From Candidatus Moraniibacteriota bacterium (lineage in GTDB: Bacteria > Patescibacteriota > Minisyncoccia > Moranbacterales > UBA11712): 64,000 nucleotides of DNA. The notes below the pieces were generated by a model that saw only the letters and a program-made list of their open reading frames with translations, searched no databases and had not been told where the DNA came from. Positions 1 through 9,795 of the stretch are shown in pieces. The DNA lies in assembly GCA_030679895.1 (NCBI GenBank), contig JAUXSN010000039.1:34128-98127 (forward strand), written 5' to 3'. The translations under genes and the position numbers were made by a program. Numbering within the stretch: the first letter of the stretch is position 1; each line of letters starts with the position of its first letter.

Positions 1-1167
1 AATTTTTGGTATATATACAGTCTTCTTGCCGGAACTTTTCTGGTCTCGCGTCTTCCGCTGGCTTTTATGCACAAAGATGCATATGCGAATTCTCGTGAAA
101 AAAATGACAACTATATATATCCGAATGTAAGTTTTATTATTGCTGCGAAAAACGAAGAGGAATCGATATACAAAACGATCGAGGCTTGTATGGAATCTGA
201 TTATCCTGCTGAAATGGAGTGCATTGCAATTGATGACGGATCAACCGATAAAACTCTCTCGGAAATGCAGCGGGCAAGTGTTGCGTTCGGCTCTGACGAG
301 GTAAGGGCAGTAACCCTCGGTGTTAATAAAGGAAAGCGCGAGGCTATGTTTGAAGGGGTGAGACTTTCAAAAAATGAAATTATTGTCTTTGTTGATTCCG
401 ACAGTTTTCTGGAAAAGGGGGCTTTGCGGTTGCTTATTCATCATTTCTCTGATGATAAGGTCGGAGCAGTTTCGGGAAATACCGGGGTTGCAAATCACTG
501 TTCAAATCTATTAACGAAAATGCAATCTATACGGTATGCGGTTTCATTCGATATCTTTAAATCCTCCGAAAGTTATTTTGGAGTTGTAACTTGCTGCCCC
601 GGCTGTTTTTCCGCTTATCGCATGAAAGCGATCACGCCGGTGCTTTCCTCGTGGCGCAATCAAATGTTCATGGGGACACGCAGCACTTTTGGTGATGATC
701 GGAGTCTTACGAATTTTGTGCTTCGAGATTGGAAAGTAGCTTATTGTGAAAGTGCAAAAGCGACTACTATTGTTCCTGAAAAATACATGAAGTTCTTGAA
801 GCAGCAACTCCGATGGAAAAAATCATGGATTCGCGAAGGATTTGTCTCGTCTTCATTCATGTGGAAAAAGCATCCGATAGCGGCATTGTCTTTTTATGTC
901 AATTTGATTTTGCCGACTCTAGGGCCATTCGTTGTCGGGTGGGTTCTATATATGACGATTGCGCATTATAACCTGCTATTTCTTATTACATTTTTATTTG
1001 GGGTTACAACAGTAGGGTTATTGTATAGCACCTTCCTTTTTATTATTCAAAGAGAAAAATATTGGTTATATATGCCTGCCTTTTCTATTTTTTATACACT
1101 AATAATGATATGGCAGATGCCATACGCAATCCTAACGCTTAGAAAAACCCACTGGGGTACAAGATAA
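1..1167 (+). CDS. GT2 processive glycosyltransferase, hyaluronan synthase/NodC-like (5' truncated by window edge)
   Basis: DDGS, DSD, GDDRSLT and QQLRWKKSW motifs plus C-terminal TM helices; frame is open from base 1 upstream of the ATG at 67. Confidence 0.85.
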   Translation, partial: NFWYIYSLLAGTFLVSRLPLAFMHKDAYANSREKNDNYIYPNVSFIIAAKNEEESIYKTIEACMESDYPAEMECIAIDDGSTDKTLSEMQRASVAFGSDEVRAVTLGVNKGKREAMFEGVRLSKNEIIVFVDSDSFLEKGALRLLIHHFSDDKVGAVSGNTGVANHCSNLLTKMQSIRYAVSFDIFKSSESYFGVVTCCPGCFSAYRMKAITPVLSSWRNQMFMGTRSTFGDDRSLTNFVLRDWKVAYCESAKATTIVPEKYMKFLKQQLRWKKSWIREGFVSSSFMWKKHPIAALSFYVNLILPTLGPFVVGWVLYMTIAHYNLLFLITFLFGVTTVGLLYSTFLFIIQREKYWLYMPAFSIFYTLIMIWQMPYAILTLRKTHWGTR

Positions 1168-1170
1168 TTT

Positions 1171-4100
1171 ATGGCTGCGCAAAATAAGAAAACAATTCTC
1201 ATGATAACAATTGCAGTTCTGATATTATTGGTAGCTGCTTTTTCGTACCCATTTGGCAAGAGAGTCCGGGACATGATGTATACAAACTCTCGTCCTGTTG
1301 AATATGGCAAGGAGGTTATATATTCATATATCGAAGAAGGTGACATTCGTGTTGCAGACGAAATTTCTGAAAATAAATATGAAGTAAGTCGTTTCCAGCC
1401 TGTTCAAATTGACGAGTTAAAATGGAAAGAAGATCCATTTTCTGATTTATATTGGCGCTTCAATTTTTATAATCTGGAGCCTGTAAGAAATCTTCTTTTT
1501 GCTTGGGGGAAAACGGATAATCCGAAGTATAAGGATAAGTTAATAGAAATCACTGAATCATTTATAGATAATGGCATGAACGGACCATATTCTTGGGATT
1601 ATCACGGCGCGTCATTCAGAACCATGACACTTATTAATGTAAGGGAAAAACTTCGCCAAAAAAACGAATTGCCGGCTGACCTGGATAAAAAAATTATTGA
1701 TGCGCTGAAAACTCACGGAGACTTTTTGGCCAACCCAGATCATTTTGAAAAGGACTATAATCACGGTCTTGATCAGGCTGCCGCGCTGTATCTTCTAGCT
1801 GTCAATTATCCAAAACTGTCAGGGGCGGATGTTTGGCTAAAGCTATCTTCTGAACGAATGGCGGGGGTACTTTCTGGAATCATTGATGATGACGGAATCT
1901 TGGTTGAAAATTCTCCCTATTATCATCTTTATGTTCTAGAAAAAATATTGGACATCGATAAATATTTGAAAAAAAATAATTTAGCTATTAAAGGTTTTTC
2001 TGACGAGAAGGTGGACAAAATGGTGTCTTATGCTGTTTATATGTTACAACCCGATTTGAATGTGCCAACAATTGGCGCTTCTATCACGAGGCAGATTGGC
2101 TTGTCGGGAATATATAAAGAAATTGCAGCATCCCATCCGAATCTACTATATGTTTTGACACAAGGCGCCTACGGTGAAAAACCTTCGAACCTGAATGTCC
2201 AGTATCCAGTCAGTGGCGAGACCATAATGCGTTCTGGATGGGGAAGAGGAAAAGATTATATAAATCAGACCCAGCTTATTTTTGATGCAGGCAATTACAG
2301 GACCAATCACAGTGATCTTGATGCGCTTAGCTTCAATTTATTCAGCAAGGGTGTTGCATTGATGCCTGACGCAGGTCTTTATTCCTATGAACCGGGACCG
2401 TATCGCTCATATTTTCATGGTACAAAATCTCACAATACCGTCGTTGTTGATGGAAAAGATCAGAGTGTGGGAGATATAGCAACCTCGATGAAGGCTTCTC
2501 ACGGCTCTTTTCAGGAAGGACCTGGCTATGTTTATCAGTCTGGAGAGAGCAATCTTTACGCCGGAGTTTCTCATGAAAGAGCTGTTGCAATGATTGAGGA
2601 TTCCACGATACTTATATTTGACAACCTTAGATCATCTTCTGACCATACGTATGAGCAAATGTTTCACATTTTTCCAGATGCTAAAGTAAGTTCAGATGGG
2701 TTGACTTTCACAGCGCAAGGAGATAAACCCGAGCAATTATTAACTATAAAGCAATTTATTACTGACGGAGTCGAATTGCATACAACCATCGGTGATCAAA
2801 ATACGCCAAATAGCCTTTGTTCGTCTGAGTATAATAAGGCGCTTCCTTGCCATGCCCTTTCATATACTCAAAAAGGAAAACATGTCTCTTATGTAACAGC
2901 AGTCAGTATTGGCAAAAAAAAGACAGAAATTAAAGCAGAAAAAGACGGAGAAACTTTGACTATTAAGACAGATAAAGGTGAATACACTATAAAAATAAAC
3001 GAAGTGATGGGCGCGGAAAGAAAAACAGAAGTAGATAAAAAAAATGATGCATCTGCGATTTATTCAGAAGCTCAATCGAGTAGCTCGCTGAATATACCAA
3101 ATGAATGGAAAAATGTTACTGGATTTAATGGAGGTTCGGTGGCTGTCGACGGGAAGGAAAATAGTTTGGAAATAATGACACCCTTGGATGGATCAATAAT
3201 TGATGCGGTGAAAACTGCCAATCTGGATTTATCAAACAAAAATATATACTTCAAAATTAAAATTGACAAAACTTCAAACTTGCAAGGGATTGATATTGGC
3301 CTTTCAAATAATAATTGGAAAACAGATGCCAGATATAATATTGACGAAGTATTCAACTACCAATTTGCAAACAGAGAAAGCGATTGGTTACAATTCGGAG
3401 TCGGAAAGAGCGGTTTGCGGAAAGAAGAATTGGGGGGTTGGATAAAAAGCTCCCCATATTTTGACTGGTCAAGAGTTGACGCTGTAAAAATCACTGCTAG
3501 ATCAAAGCAGGGGCAACAATCCACAATAAATATCAAGGAATTCATATTGGTTCCTGATCAAAAGGAGGCTCGCGCGGTTATTGTATTTGATGATGGTTGG
3601 TCTTCAGTTATGGATGCGGCTACGAGTATGAACAAATATGGCATCAAGGGTAATGTCGGTGTTATAACTAACAGCATTGGAAAAAACAGCTATCTGACGC
3701 TGGATAATTTAAAAGAGCTCCAAAATAATTATGGCTGGAACATAGCGAACCATTCAAGTCTCCATAAAAATGCCTTTAACGATTATGAGTCTAACAATAA
3801 TTTGCAGGGGCTTGATGACGATGTGGTCGATGCCCTCCAATATTTGATTCAAAATGATATCAACTCTGCCCCCAACTGGTATATTTACCCAGATGGCAGT
3901 ACTGATGGTTCTATCAAAAAGATAATTAGTAAGTATTATAAATTTGGACGGGCGACATCGGGCATAACGCAATTATTCCCTTTTTCTGAGCCGCTCGAAG
4001 TGGGAGTATTTCCAGTATACAGTGATCGGGCTACGCCCGCCGATGTTCATAGCGCCATTAGCGATGCTATAAAGTACAACCAAACAATTTTCCTAATGTT

Positions 4101-4455
4101 TCACAAAATTTCAGAAGAGCAGCCCTCAATGTTCACAGAAGTTTCACAAAATGATTTTGACACAATTATAAACGACATAAATGCGCAAGGCATAAAAGTA
4201 GTTACTTTATCTGAACTAGATAAAGAAAATAACATACCGGAAACAGAATTTATGCTGCATTCCGCTGTTCCGGGGCAGATTAAATTAGATGTTTCCTCAA
4301 AGCGCATGTCCAATATATTCAGTTATGCTATACTCCAAATATGGGAATATCTAACAAATTCCGGAAAAAGCCTGGCTCAAGGCTTAAAATATATTTATTT
4401 TTTCTCTTTGTTGGGATTATATTTGGATCATCCTACTTTATTTTCATATTTTTAA
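1171..4455 (+). CDS. Membrane-anchored heparinase II/III-like protein fused to a polysaccharide deacetylase (NodB-like) domain
   Basis: N-terminal TM; NHG, ENSPYYH, H-D-LSF and SHNTVVVDG heparinase-like motifs; C-terminal FDDG, NHS..H, YPDG and MFH deacetylase motifs. Confidence 0.75.
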   Translation: MAAQNKKTILMITIAVLILLVAAFSYPFGKRVRDMMYTNSRPVEYGKEVIYSYIEEGDIRVADEISENKYEVSRFQPVQIDELKWKEDPFSDLYWRFNFYNLEPVRNLLFAWGKTDNPKYKDKLIEITESFIDNGMNGPYSWDYHGASFRTMTLINVREKLRQKNELPADLDKKIIDALKTHGDFLANPDHFEKDYNHGLDQAAALYLLAVNYPKLSGADVWLKLSSERMAGVLSGIIDDDGILVENSPYYHLYVLEKILDIDKYLKKNNLAIKGFSDEKVDKMVSYAVYMLQPDLNVPTIGASITRQIGLSGIYKEIAASHPNLLYVLTQGAYGEKPSNLNVQYPVSGETIMRSGWGRGKDYINQTQLIFDAGNYRTNHSDLDALSFNLFSKGVALMPDAGLYSYEPGPYRSYFHGTKSHNTVVVDGKDQSVGDIATSMKASHGSFQEGPGYVYQSGESNLYAGVSHERAVAMIEDSTILIFDNLRSSSDHTYEQMFHIFPDAKVSSDGLTFTAQGDKPEQLLTIKQFITDGVELHTTIGDQNTPNSLCSSEYNKALPCHALSYTQKGKHVSYVTAVSIGKKKTEIKAEKDGETLTIKTDKGEYTIKINEVMGAERKTEVDKKNDASAIYSEAQSSSSLNIPNEWKNVTGFNGGSVAVDGKENSLEIMTPLDGSIIDAVKTANLDLSNKNIYFKIKIDKTSNLQGIDIGLSNNNWKTDARYNIDEVFNYQFANRESDWLQFGVGKSGLRKEELGGWIKSSPYFDWSRVDAVKITARSKQGQQSTINIKEFILVPDQKEARAVIVFDDGWSSVMDAATSMNKYGIKGNVGVITNSIGKNSYLTLDNLKELQNNYGWNIANHSSLHKNAFNDYESNNNLQGLDDDVVDALQYLIQNDINSAPNWYIYPDGSTDGSIKKIISKYYKFGRATSGITQLFPFSEPLEVGVFPVYSDRATPADVHSAISDAIKYNQTIFLMFHKISEEQPSMFTEVSQNDFDTIINDINAQGIKVVTLSELDKENNIPETEFMLHSAVPGQIKLDVSSKRMSNIFSYAILQIWEYLTNSGKSLAQGLKYIYFFSLLGLYLDHPTLFSYF

Positions 4456-5336
4456 ATTTGAACCATCGGCTCTCAAATTCAACTACTGTTGATTCCGTAA
4501 CTCAAGGTTTAGTAGGCGCGGATTATATCATTGATCCAATTAATGAAAATAACATTAAAATGTTGTATCCAACGAAAGAAAATGGACGCGTCTGGAGCGC
4601 AAAATGGTCAAATGGAAATAAGGAGACCATTGCAAGCGGAGAACGCGATCCTTTTGATTCGGAGTTTATTGCGCGGGGAAACGGCGATGTCTCTATCGAT
4701 GGTGACGGTGTAGCGCAACTTCAAGGAGATTCTCCAAGAATGTATATCTACGATCCTGCCAAGGATAAAAAATGGAATAATGTTGAAGTTACCGTTTATG
4801 CCAAACGCATATCGGAAACGGAGTCGGTGAGCTACCAGGGGATAGTAATCGGTGCGAGAAGCGAACATCAGGATGCAACCCTAAAAAAACCCTGTCTCGG
4901 CGCGACATATTATGGAAGATTGCTCTATGATGGTCGGGCAGTTTTTCAAAAAGAAGTGATTCATGAAGGCGCATATAGCACCAATAAGCCATCAGAAAAT
5001 AATAAAGCGAAATGGAATACCCCCAATGGAACAATGCCAAAAAATGAGTGGATTGGAGTCAAATTTATTGTAAAAACTAACCCAGACGGAAAGTCAGTAA
5101 AACTAGAGCTCTATAGGGATTTAACAGATGGAAAAGATGGAGGAACATGGGAAAAAGTTGCTGAATATAATGATAACGGGAAATGGTCGCAAACAAACTC
5201 TGGCGCTGATGTCAAAGAAAAGTGCGGTTATCAGGCAAATAAAGTACTCTTAAAATCTGGCACCTCGGTATTTATTAGAAATGATAAAATAAAAAATGCG
5301 GAATATAAGTTATTCAGTATTAGAGAAATAGATTAG
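4341..5336 (+). CDS. Membrane-anchored beta-rich hypothetical protein, possibly carbohydrate-binding or lyase-like
   Basis: 331-aa ORF with N-terminal TM and aromatic-rich beta-strand pattern; overlaps the upstream gene by 115 bp. Confidence 0.55.
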   Translation: MGISNKFRKKPGSRLKIYLFFLFVGIIFGSSYFIFIFLNLNHRLSNSTTVDSVTQGLVGADYIIDPINENNIKMLYPTKENGRVWSAKWSNGNKETIASGERDPFDSEFIARGNGDVSIDGDGVAQLQGDSPRMYIYDPAKDKKWNNVEVTVYAKRISETESVSYQGIVIGARSEHQDATLKKPCLGATYYGRLLYDGRAVFQKEVIHEGAYSTNKPSENNKAKWNTPNGTMPKNEWIGVKFIVKTNPDGKSVKLELYRDLTDGKDGGTWEKVAEYNDNGKWSQTNSGADVKEKCGYQANKVLLKSGTSVFIRNDKIKNAEYKLFSIREID

Positions 5337-5361
5337 TTTTTCTAAAGCTTCGCCTTAATGA

Positions 5362-5390
5362 CGCTTCCCAACATCCGATGTTGGGAAGCG
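5362..5390. repeat. REP-like palindrome
   Basis: cgcttcccaacat-ccg-atgttgggaagcg. Confidence 0.8.
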
Positions 5391-5449
5391 ATTCAGATTC
5401 TTCTTGCAGCTTCTCTTAATTATGCCATAAAATTGGTGAAGGGGTGAAG

Positions 5450-5458
5450 TTATCCACA
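5450..5458 (+). promoter_or_regulatory. DnaA-box consensus upstream of the TasA-like operon
   Basis: Perfect TTATCCACA. Confidence 0.5.
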
Positions 5459-5600
5459 TATTGGCTTGCTTTTTGCGGCACAGTTTGCTTTTATAAAGAC
5501 AGAAACAAAAAAGAAAAAAGAAGATTTTCAGGAAGAGGACTTCTTTTTATTTTGCAAAAACAATAAAAACAATGCTTATGCTCAATAAAAAGCATAACTT

Positions 5601-5660
5601 AAAAAAGGCCGGTCTAAAGTTGTCACAATAGTGGCGGGTTTGGATTGGCTTTTTTGTTTT
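5601..5660 (+). terminator. Intrinsic terminator-like hairpin in the operon leader
   Basis: aggccggtctaaa...tttggattggctt followed by a T-run. Confidence 0.55.
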
Positions 5661-5841
5661 CTCAAAATTCAAATGGGAAAATAAAAATTAAGCAGCTGAA
5701 TAATTTATGCCCTCTTAACGAGGGCGGTCTGGAGGAGGGCCTAAAAGATTTGTTGCTTATCAAAAAAAAGCCTTGAAAGGTCGAAGGCGACTGGCTGCCT
5801 CAAATGCGGGAAATAATAATTGGTAAAAATTAATTAAAACT

Positions 5842-6408
5842 ATGAAAAATATAATCAAAAGTCTGGTGATTGTCTTCGCCGTCGCGGCGGTGGCAAGCGT
5901 TGCGACTTATGCTTACTTTTCAAGTCAAGCAACGGTAACAGGCAATACTTATTCTACTGGAACGCTAGAAATTAGAGTAAATGGGCAGCCTTCAATAGCT
6001 GGATTTACTGCATCAAATATGGCGCCTGGCGATTGTAAAGCAGGAGAATTTACAGTAATGAATTATGGAGCGCCTTGGTTTGGTGGCCCAAGCACATTAA
6101 CCGCTGAAGAGCTTGTTATAAGCACCAATAATTTTGGTGGCGATACGAGTGGTTTATGTAATGCGCTAACAGCTGAAATTCAGAACTGTGCAGGGCCATG
6201 CGAAACCGCATATGCTACCGGACCAGTAAACGCTGTAAGTGAGGAAGATCTGCTAATGTCATGGTTTTCAAGTGGATTGGCTGCTGGAAATTCTGAAATT
6301 ATAAAATACGATGTGTGCTTGCCAGATACAGGTTCTGCTCAAGATTCATTACAGGGCAAAACTTGTACATTTGACTTTGTAGTTGACGCATACAACCCAA
6401 AAAGATAA
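5842..6408 (+). CDS. TasA/camelysin-like protein with SipW-cognate signal peptide
   Basis: Signal peptide ending ATYAYFS, followed by GNTYSTGTLEI and MAPGD; C-terminal QGKTCTFDF strand. Confidence 0.8.
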   Translation: MKNIIKSLVIVFAVAAVASVATYAYFSSQATVTGNTYSTGTLEIRVNGQPSIAGFTASNMAPGDCKAGEFTVMNYGAPWFGGPSTLTAEELVISTNNFGGDTSGLCNALTAEIQNCAGPCETAYATGPVNAVSEEDLLMSWFSSGLAAGNSEIIKYDVCLPDTGSAQDSLQGKTCTFDFVVDAYNPKR

Positions 6409-6504
6409 TCCAATCTCTTTTCTCTCCGCGTGGCAGGGAACGGAGAGATGAGAGCGAGGATTTTGAAGCTCGCGAAACAAAAATAAAAGAAAGGAGGTGA
6501 AAAA

Positions 6505-7113
6505 ATGAAAAATATAATTCGAAGCTTGGTAGTTGTCTTTGCCGTTGCGGCGATTGCCGGAAGCGCGACATATGCGCTTTATCACGCGGAAGGCACAGTT
6601 TCTGGCGTAACCGCTTCAGCCAGCGATATGGATCTGAAGATAGATTCAAATCCGGATCCGAGTGGGTATAATTGGTCGGATGGCTTTGCCGTCACCAACG
6701 CGCAACTTGAAGCGCTGGGGCTTGACAGCTTGAAGCCGGGCAGTCATGGCCAGCAGATATTCGACATCAAAAATGTTGCAGGCGATGTTGATGGCGCTGC
6801 CTCAATAAAGTTGCATAGGACGTCTGCATGGAGCGATCTTGTGAACAACCTAAGGTTCACTGTATATTTCGATCCTGATAACAACGGAGCCTTTGGATCA
6901 GCTCTTGTGTCAGGCACTCTGGGTGAATTCGAGGGCAATACTTATACTCTCGGTCAGATCGTAGGTACTGCAACCCAAGAAAATACAGGTGGCGTTTTGG
7001 GAAAAAATGCTAGTGTCAAAATAGAATGGGACATTCCGAGTACTGCCGGAAACGAGATAATGGGAGACAGCGTCACATTTGACATCACTTTTGGTCTTGA
7101 TCAGACTCCATAA
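6505..7113 (+). CDS. Second TasA-like protein with SipW-cognate signal peptide
   Basis: Near-identical signal peptide (ATYALYH), LKPG motif, GNEIMGDSVTFDITFGLDQ end; AGGAGG SD. Confidence 0.8.
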   Translation: MKNIIRSLVVVFAVAAIAGSATYALYHAEGTVSGVTASASDMDLKIDSNPDPSGYNWSDGFAVTNAQLEALGLDSLKPGSHGQQIFDIKNVAGDVDGAASIKLHRTSAWSDLVNNLRFTVYFDPDNNGAFGSALVSGTLGEFEGNTYTLGQIVGTATQENTGGVLGKNASVKIEWDIPSTAGNEIMGDSVTFDITFGLDQTP

Positions 7114-7177
7114 TTCCCTTTCAGATCACATCTCTTGAAGGTGTGGTCGATAAAGGAAAATATTATCAAATTAATCC

Positions 7178-7783
7178 ATGAAATCAATCGGAAAAATATT
7201 CAAGTATGCCGTAAATACGATCTTGGTCTTGCTGGTTCTTCTCGGCGTGTTTGTCGTGTTCTCCTTTGTTCCTTTTCCGGGGAATTACAAGGTTTTCACG
7301 GTTATGTCGGGGTCAATGGAGCCGACGATCAAGACGGGGAGTTTGATTTTCGTGAAGCCGATGGCGGATTATGGCGTTGGAGACATCGTGACGAGGCGGA
7401 CGACCGATGCCAAAGTGACGATCACGCACAGAATTGTTTCCAAGGAAGAAATTCAGGGGAAAATTGCATTTGAAACGAAAGGCGACGCGAACGACGCGCC
7501 GGACGGGGAAAAATTCACGGCCGAGGGAATTGTCGGAAAATCAATCTTGAAAATTCCGTGGCTGGGGTATCCGGTGGGATACGCGAAGACCACGCCTGGA
7601 TTGATATTGCTGATAGTGATTCCGGCGGTGATCATCATCTATGACGAGATGAACAAGATAAAAGATGAGATCAAGAAGAAGTTCAGATATCGAAAAGCGG
7701 TTGCCGCAAGAAATGATAACAAAAATAGTGAAGATGTGATCGAGGAAATTAAAAAGGAAGAGACACCCCGTAAAATCATTTAA
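7178..7783 (+). CDS. sipW: Signal peptidase I, SipW type
   Basis: VMSGSMEP, ITHRIV and TKGDAN motifs (Ser/His dyad); C-terminal TM. Confidence 0.9.
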   Translation: MKSIGKIFKYAVNTILVLLVLLGVFVVFSFVPFPGNYKVFTVMSGSMEPTIKTGSLIFVKPMADYGVGDIVTRRTTDAKVTITHRIVSKEEIQGKIAFETKGDANDAPDGEKFTAEGIVGKSILKIPWLGYPVGYAKTTPGLILLIVIPAVIIIYDEMNKIKDEIKKKFRYRKAVAARNDNKNSEDVIEEIKKEETPRKII

Positions 7784-7788
7784 ATCAG

Positions 7789-9795
7789 ATGAAGCGAATA
7801 ATCAGAAAAAAATTCAGGAGGTTCTGGAGGTCGGTGATCAACAGGCGATTAGTAAAGTACGCCTCTCGTTTCGGTCTGGCCGTTTTCCTGCTGGCAATGG
7901 TTTTGAGTTTTGGAAAAATCCAGGGGACAAATTCTTTTTTCATGGACACGGCGACTGTGGCAGGAAATGAGATTTCAGCCGGATATTGGATTCCGGTTTT
8001 GACGATGACCGTTTCGCCAAAAAATCCCGATGGGCAGAACAATTTTTATGTTTCTCATCCCTGCGTGACACTTGAAGCGAAATTGGGAGGCTCTGTCGCG
8101 TCGCTTTCGGAAGTGGATATATTTTATGAATTCTCGAACGACGGCAATCCGGTTTCGGGCGGAACGAAATACGACGGAACCTGTGTTTCGATTCCCGACG
8201 GAAACCCGACTTATTTTCAGGCGATTGCCGTGAACAAATTGAATTCCGACTGGAAAAGCAATGTCGTGAATGATCAGTTCAAGGTTGACACGCAATGTCC
8301 GGTTGTTGAAATCACAAATCCTGACAGCGGTGACGATTTGAGCGGTTCGGTTGAAATCCGCGGCACTGTGACGGACGCCAATCCGCACCACTACTGGCTG
8401 GTGATCGAAAATTCATCCGGCGCGAAAGTCGCGGGTCCGGGAACGGTGAACGATGCGAATTCTTTCACGGACAAGAAATTTTTCGACTGGGACACGACGG
8501 CGGTTCTGGACGGAGATTATAAAATAAAGCTCGAAGCGCGCGACGCCGCGGGAAACAAATGCCCGAATCAGGCGCCGGTTCTTGCCGATCCGAATGATCC
8601 AAACGATTCAGTTGATTGGATTGATGTGACTGTGGCCAACACGCCGGTTGTTTCTGCCGGTGATGTGATCATCAATGAAGTGATGTGGATGGGAAGCTTT
8701 GCGCATCCACATGATGAATGGATTGAACTCAAGAATACAACCGGACATCCGATAAACGTGAAAAATTGGAATATCGAGGGAGCAGTTGAAGGAAGCGGCG
8801 GGCATCTCGAAATTGCCGGAAACACGGGACACGAAGGCGACGACATGATCATCCCCGCGCACGGATACTTTCTTATTGCAAACTATAACCGAGATTCATC
8901 GGATATAAATGTTGATGTGGATTTGGTGAAAACTAGTATAAGCCTCAATGATGAATATGACGACAACGGCCCGTTGGTTTTGAAAGATACTTCAGATCAA
9001 ACGATTGACGCGACTGCGGCGCCGACAGGACACAGTTGGCCGGCGGGCATTCATGGACTTGTCGTTCCCGGCGGGATATTGCATTGGTCAATGGAAAGAA
9101 ACAACACTCCGTCAAGCGGCTGGCACACCTGCGATCCTACGGCGATGACGCCAGCCCAATTTCTAACGATGAAAAGCTATTGGGATTGGGACGCCTTATT
9201 GTTCAACTGCGGCACGCCGGGGCATGCCAATCTTTCCAAAAACGATCCTTCCAAAAGTGACATTGAAGAATATTTCAATAAAAGTGAAATAAAAGAGGAT
9301 GTGGTTTTGGAGCCGCTTGAGAAAAGTGGAAATGATGGTGTTGAAGCGTTGAAAATAACGAAAAAAGTCCCGATAAAAGTTGTTGGCGCGCCGGATGTTG
9401 CGGAGGGCTTGAAATACAAAATCGACCAGCGGATAAAAAAAGTCAATCTTTCCGGAGATTTTCCGGACAAGGAAATAATCGTAGATTTAGCCAAACTGGG
9501 ACTCATTGAAAAAACCGGCGAGATCAAAATCAGGATCAGCGACCTCGATTTACCGGATGGTGTGGAAGTCGTTTCGCAGAAAGACAACGGGCTGGTGCTT
9601 TTGATTACGGTTGAAAAGCAAAAAGACAAGGTTGCGAAAGTCGCGAAGAAAAACAATAAGTCCGGAAAAAAGTCGAAGAAAAAAGGAAAAGCCGAGCTGA
9701 AACAGGCGGAGCAGGCCGCTCTTCCCGATAGTGGAAAAGAAAGCGGGAGCGGAGACGGCGATCCGAATAACAATAATAAAAATCCCATTACATGA
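7789..9795 (+). CDS. SipW-cognate secreted protein with Ig-like and lamin-tail domains
   Basis: GTNSFFMD signal end; VIINEVMW...DEWIELKN lamin-tail motif; D(T)QCP.V.IT.P Ig-like repeat. Confidence 0.75.
   Translation: MKRIIRKKFRRFWRSVINRRLVKYASRFGLAVFLLAMVLSFGKIQGTNSFFMDTATVAGNEISAGYWIPVLTMTVSPKNPDGQNNFYVSHPCVTLEAKLGGSVASLSEVDIFYEFSNDGNPVSGGTKYDGTCVSIPDGNPTYFQAIAVNKLNSDWKSNVVNDQFKVDTQCPVVEITNPDSGDDLSGSVEIRGTVTDANPHHYWLVIENSSGAKVAGPGTVNDANSFTDKKFFDWDTTAVLDGDYKIKLEARDAAGNKCPNQAPVLADPNDPNDSVDWIDVTVANTPVVSAGDVIINEVMWMGSFAHPHDEWIELKNTTGHPINVKNWNIEGAVEGSGGHLEIAGNTGHEGDDMIIPAHGYFLIANYNRDSSDINVDVDLVKTSISLNDEYDDNGPLVLKDTSDQTIDATAAPTGHSWPAGIHGLVVPGGILHWSMERNNTPSSGWHTCDPTAMTPAQFLTMKSYWDWDALLFNCGTPGHANLSKNDPSKSDIEEYFNKSEIKEDVVLEPLEKSGNDGVEALKITKKVPIKVVGAPDVAEGLKYKIDQRIKKVNLSGDFPDKEIIVDLAKLGLIEKTGEIKIRISDLDLPDGVEVVSQKDNGLVLLITVEKQKDKVAKVAKKNNKSGKKSKKKGKAELKQAEQAALPDSGKESGSGDGDPNNNNKNPIT

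Noticed and set aside
5450-5458. Replication origin
   Set aside because: A single DnaA box with no cluster and no dnaA/dnaN nearby
5700-5810. c-di-GMP-I riboswitch
   Set aside because: gggcctaa...ggctgcc is suggestive, but the GGCAAA...GAAA...GACGCAAAG core is absent
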